Source of the DNA: a candidate division WOR-3 bacterium
Lineage (GTDB): Bacteria; Hydrothermota; Tepidihabitantia; Tepidihabitantales; DTDR01
Direction: 5' to 3'
Length of the DNA: 35,848 bases
Assembly (NCBI GenBank): GCA_039801845.1
Contig: JBDRVL010000001.1
Coordinates: 1 to 35,848, forward strand
Shown here: piece by piece, positions 32,613 through 35,848 of the stretch
How positions within the stretch are numbered: position 1 is the stretch's first letter
How the letters are laid out: each line of letters opens with the position of its first letter
Program-made: the position numbers and the translations under genes
Notes under the pieces: model-generated
Databases searched by the model: none
Told to the model about the DNA's origin: nothing
The model's input: the letters and a program-made list of their open reading frames with translations, nothing else

Positions 32613-34031
32613 TTAATAAGCCCGGGCGTAATAAATTATCAATTTAGTCTTTTTGCCACAAACAATACATTTTCCTTCTTTTTTTTCAAAAGGGATACAA
32701 CGGGGAGTTGTTTTTGTTTCATTTTTAATCTTCTCTTCGCATTCCTTTTTTCCGCACCAAAAGATTTTCGCCATCCCTTTTCTCTCTAATATTTCCTTTT
32801 TCATTTTCTCCAATTCTTCATAAAAAAAGATTCTTTCTTTTAAAAAATTTTCTGCTTTTAAATAAAGATTTCTTTGGGTTTTATCTAAAATAATTTTTAA
32901 ATTTTCTTTTAAATTATTCCATTTTATATTTTCTTTAATCTGATAATCCCGACTCACCACTCTTACTTCTTCTTTTTCTAATTCTTTTTCTCCAATTTCA
33001 ATTCGTAAGGGCACACCTTTTAATTCCCATTCGTTAAATTTCCAACCCGGAGTATATTCTCTCCGGTCATCCAAATGGGTTCTAAACTCCTTTTTTACCT
33101 CTTCTTTTAAAATATTACATTTTTCAAGAATTTTCTCATCTTTTTTACCATAAAGGATGGGAATAATAACAATTTGAATTGGCGCAATTCGGGGAGGCAA
33201 AATAAGACCATTATCATCACCGTGCGTCATAATTAAAGCACCGATTAACCTAGTAGAAACTCCCCAAGAAGAACCCCAAGCATATTTTTCTTTATTATCT
33301 CTATCAAGAAATTTAATATTAAAAGCCTTAGAAAAATTCTGTCCCAAGTTATGGGTAGTTCCCGATTGCAAGGCTTGACCATCAGGCATTAAGGCTTCTA
33401 CCGTGTAAGTTCTTAAAGCACCGGCAAATCTTTCGGAAGGTGGTTTGAGACCGGCAATTACCGGCAAAGCGAGTTCTTCTTTTAAAAATTCAATATAAAT
33501 ATTTAAAATTAGTTTTGCTTCTTTTTCGGCTTCTTCAAAGGTTTCGTGTAAAGTATGACCTTCTTGCCATAGAAATTCGGTAGTTCTCAAAAATAATCGG
33601 GTAGTTTTTTCCCAGCGGACAATGTTGCACCATTGATTAATTAGAATTGGTAAATCCCGATAGGATTTTACCCATTTGGCATACATACTGCAGATAATCG
33701 CTTCGGAAGTTGGTCTAACTGCTAATTTTTCAGATAAATCTTCTTCGCCACCTTTCATTACCCAGGCTACTTGAGGAGCAAAACCTTTCACATGTTCTGC
33801 TTCTTTTTTTAAAAAACTTTCAGGAATAAAAAGAGGAAAATAGGCATTTTGATGTCCGGTTTCTTTAAATCTTTTATCCAAGGATTTCTGAATATTCTCC
33901 CAAATATTATAACCATAAGGTCTAATTACCATACAACCTTTTATTGGTGCATAATCTGCTAACTCAGCTTTCAAAATCACTTGGGTATACCATTCGGAGA
34001 AATTTTCGCTTTTCTTAACCAACTCTTTCAT
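32613..34031 (-). CDS. proS: proline--tRNA ligase (archaeal/eukaryote-like type with C-terminal Zn-binding domain)
   Basis: 472 aa. FSEWYTQVILKAELADY N-terminus and class II motifs (RPTSE, FLRTTEFLWQEGH, SWG). The C-terminal Cys cluster CGKKECE...CIVCG and the YARAY end are present. There is no bacterial-type INS editing domain. Confidence 0.95.
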   Translation of the reverse strand: MKELVKKSENFSEWYTQVILKAELADYAPIKGCMVIRPYGYNIWENIQKSLDKRFKETGHQNAYFPLFIPESFLKKEAEHVKGFAPQVAWVMKGGEEDLSEKLAVRPTSEAIICSMYAKWVKSYRDLPILINQWCNIVRWEKTTRLFLRTTEFLWQEGHTLHETFEEAEKEAKLILNIYIEFLKEELALPVIAGLKPPSERFAGALRTYTVEALMPDGQALQSGTTHNLGQNFSKAFNIKFLDRDNKEKYAWGSSWGVSTRLIGALIMTHGDDNGLILPPRIAPIQIVIIPILYGKKDEKILEKCNILKEEVKKEFRTHLDDRREYTPGWKFNEWELKGVPLRIEIGEKELEKEEVRVVSRDYQIKENIKWNNLKENLKIILDKTQRNLYLKAENFLKERIFFYEELEKMKKEILERKGMAKIFWCGKKECEEKIKNETKTTPRCIPFEKKEGKCIVCGKKTKLIIYYARAY

Positions 34032-34034
34032 ATT

Positions 34035-34796
34035 TTAAAAGATACGTAAAATTTTTAAATTGTCAATAAGAAGAAGAATAAAAAGAAAAAAGAGATAATA
34101 ACTAAAATAATAAAACTTTCTCTTGATTACTAAATATTTTAAGAAATAAAGGGCAAAAAGTCCAAAAAGAAAAGAAGAAAGAAACCCAAAAAAATAAGGA
34201 AGAGTGAATAAGAGGGAAGTATTTTTATAAAATTCTAAAACATTGGCACCGATAATTGTTGGCAGTCCTAAGAGAAAAGAGAAATAAAATCCTTCTTCTT
34301 TTTTAATTCCTAAATATAAAGCACCAGCAATCGTTGAGCCTGAACGAGAAATTCCCGGAAAAATTCCCAAGGTTTGAAAAATTCCGATAACTAAGGATTG
34401 AAAATAATTAATTGAAAAAAATTTTTCTTTGGTATATTTGGTAAAAAATATTAAGAGACTGCTTATTAAAAAGAAATAGGGCAGGAAATAAAAATTAGAA
34501 AAAGTCTTTTCAATAATATTTTGAAAAGGTAATACGATTATTATAATGGGGATTAAAGCAATAATAATTTTTAATAAAAGAAAATAATTTTTATTTTTTA
34601 TTTCTTTTTTAATTAAGCTAAAAAGGAAAAAGATTAATGAAAAAGTTGTTCCTAAATGGAGATAAAGAATAAAAGGGATATCCGGGTTTAATTTCAAAAT
34701 TTTTTGAAATATTAATAAATGACCGGAACTGGAGATGGGAAGAAATTCAGTCAATCCTTGTAAGGCGCCTAAAAAAATTGCTTTGAAAATATCCAT
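34035..34796 (-). CDS. uppP: undecaprenyl-diphosphate phosphatase
   Basis: 253 aa and polytopic. Has the BacA motifs LTEFLPISSSGHL and PGISRSGSTI. Confidence 0.9.
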   Translation of the reverse strand: MDIFKAIFLGALQGLTEFLPISSSGHLLIFQKILKLNPDIPFILYLHLGTTFSLIFFLFSLIKKEIKNKNYFLLLKIIIALIPIIIIVLPFQNIIEKTFSNFYFLPYFFLISSLLIFFTKYTKEKFFSINYFQSLVIGIFQTLGIFPGISRSGSTIAGALYLGIKKEEGFYFSFLLGLPTIIGANVLEFYKNTSLLFTLPYFFGFLSSFLFGLFALYFLKYLVIKRKFYYFSYYLFFLFILLLIDNLKILRIF

Positions 34797-35848
34797 TTAA
34801 AAATAATAAGTATAACCAAAATAAATTCTTGCGTCAAAGAGATTTGCTCCGATTGGTAAGGCAAAGGTTAGATAAAAAATACCATTTTTTGTGAAGAATT
34901 CCGAGCCTAAACCATAACTCGTTAAAGAAATCGGTTTTTCATTTTTCCCATATCCGTAATCAATAAAAAGATAAGGGAAGAAGAGATTTTTATATAGATA
35001 TTTAAGGTGATTGCGAAACACTAATAAAAAAGGAGAGAGATATTTATTTTCCGAAAAACCCCGGACATTATTTTTCCCACTTATTGAAAATTTTTCGTAA
35101 TCATAAAGGGTATCTTTTAGGAAAATATTGCCTAAGAAAAGTTCGGAATGGAGAAGAAAATTTTCTTTTAAAAAGGAGAAGAGAAATTCTAATTTCATTT
35201 CGGTTTTTAATTTTAGGTTATTTGGTCGGTTGGCAATTTTTCTTTCGCCGGCTAATGCTTTTAAGGAAAGATAAAATCCTTGCTGGTAATTACTAATTTT
35301 ATTATTAAAAATTAATTCCTGACCAATGGAAAAAGTTTGTGAAGAGGGATAGGTTAATAAACGGGAGTTATTAAGTTCCTTTTGGAAGATAAAATTTAGT
35401 GTGAACTCATCAATTTTTGTTGGCAAATAAAAGTTAAAATCTAAATTAAAAACAGAATAACTGGTATCAAAGTTTTTAAAATAAGTAGAAAATAAGATCT
35501 TTTTAAATATAAAAAGGTAAGGCTGTTGATAAGAGAAGGAGTAAAAATTTTTGCTCTGCTCTTTTTCTATTGCTAAATTAAATTCTTCTAAATTATTTAA
35601 AAAATTAAAAATTCTTAAACTTAAATTTAGGAAAAGAATTTTTTCATTAGGAAGATAAGAAAAAAGAAAGAAAAAATTGTTTTTCCTTTGATTAGGAAAG
35701 GAAAAGGTTAAAGAGTATTTTTTTTCCTCGTTGAGAATAAGAAAATAATTATCAATATCAAGATTAAGATTTCTTTTAATATTTTTTTTCATCTTTTCAA
35801 TTAAACTTTTTTGGAAATAGAAGGGTTTAACAAATCTTGCTCCTTTTT
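34797..35848 (-). CDS. outer-membrane beta-barrel protein, possibly Omp85/BamA-like; probably 5'-truncated by the window edge
   Basis: Strand-rich and aromatic-rich, ending in the beta-signal-like YFGYTYYF. The ORF-track start M (35792) has no RBS. The frame stays open upstream to position 35848 (I checked the 18 triplets and found no stop). The gene therefore likely extends beyond the window. Confidence 0.4.
   Translation of the reverse strand, partial: KGARFVKPFYFQKSLIEKMKKNIKRNLNLDIDNYFLILNEEKKYSLTFSFPNQRKNNFFFLFSYLPNEKILFLNLSLRIFNFLNNLEEFNLAIEKEQSKNFYSFSYQQPYLFIFKKILFSTYFKNFDTSYSVFNLDFNFYLPTKIDEFTLNFIFQKELNNSRLLTYPSSQTFSIGQELIFNNKISNYQQGFYLSLKALAGERKIANRPNNLKLKTEMKLEFLFSFLKENFLLHSELFLGNIFLKDTLYDYEKFSISGKNNVRGFSENKYLSPFLLVFRNHLKYLYKNLFFPYLFIDYGYGKNEKPISLTSYGLGSEFFTKNGIFYLTFALPIGANLFDARIYFGYTYYF

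Overview
This is a compact, AT-rich bacterial chromosome segment of about 40 genes, many with 4-8 nt overlaps. By inference only, it comes from a diderm, possibly an uncultivated FCB-like lineage. The support is TonB/ExbBD, an Omp85-like barrel and a T9SS-type C-terminal sorting tail.

Most of the window is housekeeping. The minus-strand genes are:
- exbB-exbD-exbD-tonB
- hypB-hypA, a fused radical-SAM gene and rng
- era and accA
- purM and polX
- an SPT-like alpha-oxoamine synthase coupled to a GNAT
- proS and uppP

The plus-strand genes are nnr, a propeller-like protein, an LCP-family gene and thrS-infC-rpmI-rplT-pheS. I recognised no rRNA, tRNA, CRISPR array, integrase or transposase.

The stand-out is a plus-strand accessory cassette at about 19.9-25.3 kb, wedged between two minus-strand housekeeping operons. 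It has four genes:
- An 863-aa protein with seven near-identical 40-aa TPR units (120-bp DNA tandem repeats) and a C-terminal CHAT caspase-like protease domain with an intact His/Cys dyad.
- A tandem zf-TFIIB-like zinc-ribbon protein.
- A small helical protein.
- A 434-aa protein ending in a two-TM hairpin.

I read this as a candidate stand-alone protease-based conflict or defence system. Its partner genes match nothing I can name.

Secondary observations:
- Five consensus-like promoters are placed 6-8 nt from the start codon, which suggests leaderless mRNAs.
- infC appears to use an AUU start.
- thrS has a truncated TGS domain behind a 632-bp unexplained gap.
- The SPT-like gene plus GNAT may be a sphingolipid module.
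- An 18-bp perfect tandem duplication sits at the right border of the island.

All family calls come from motif recognition by eye. No searches were run.
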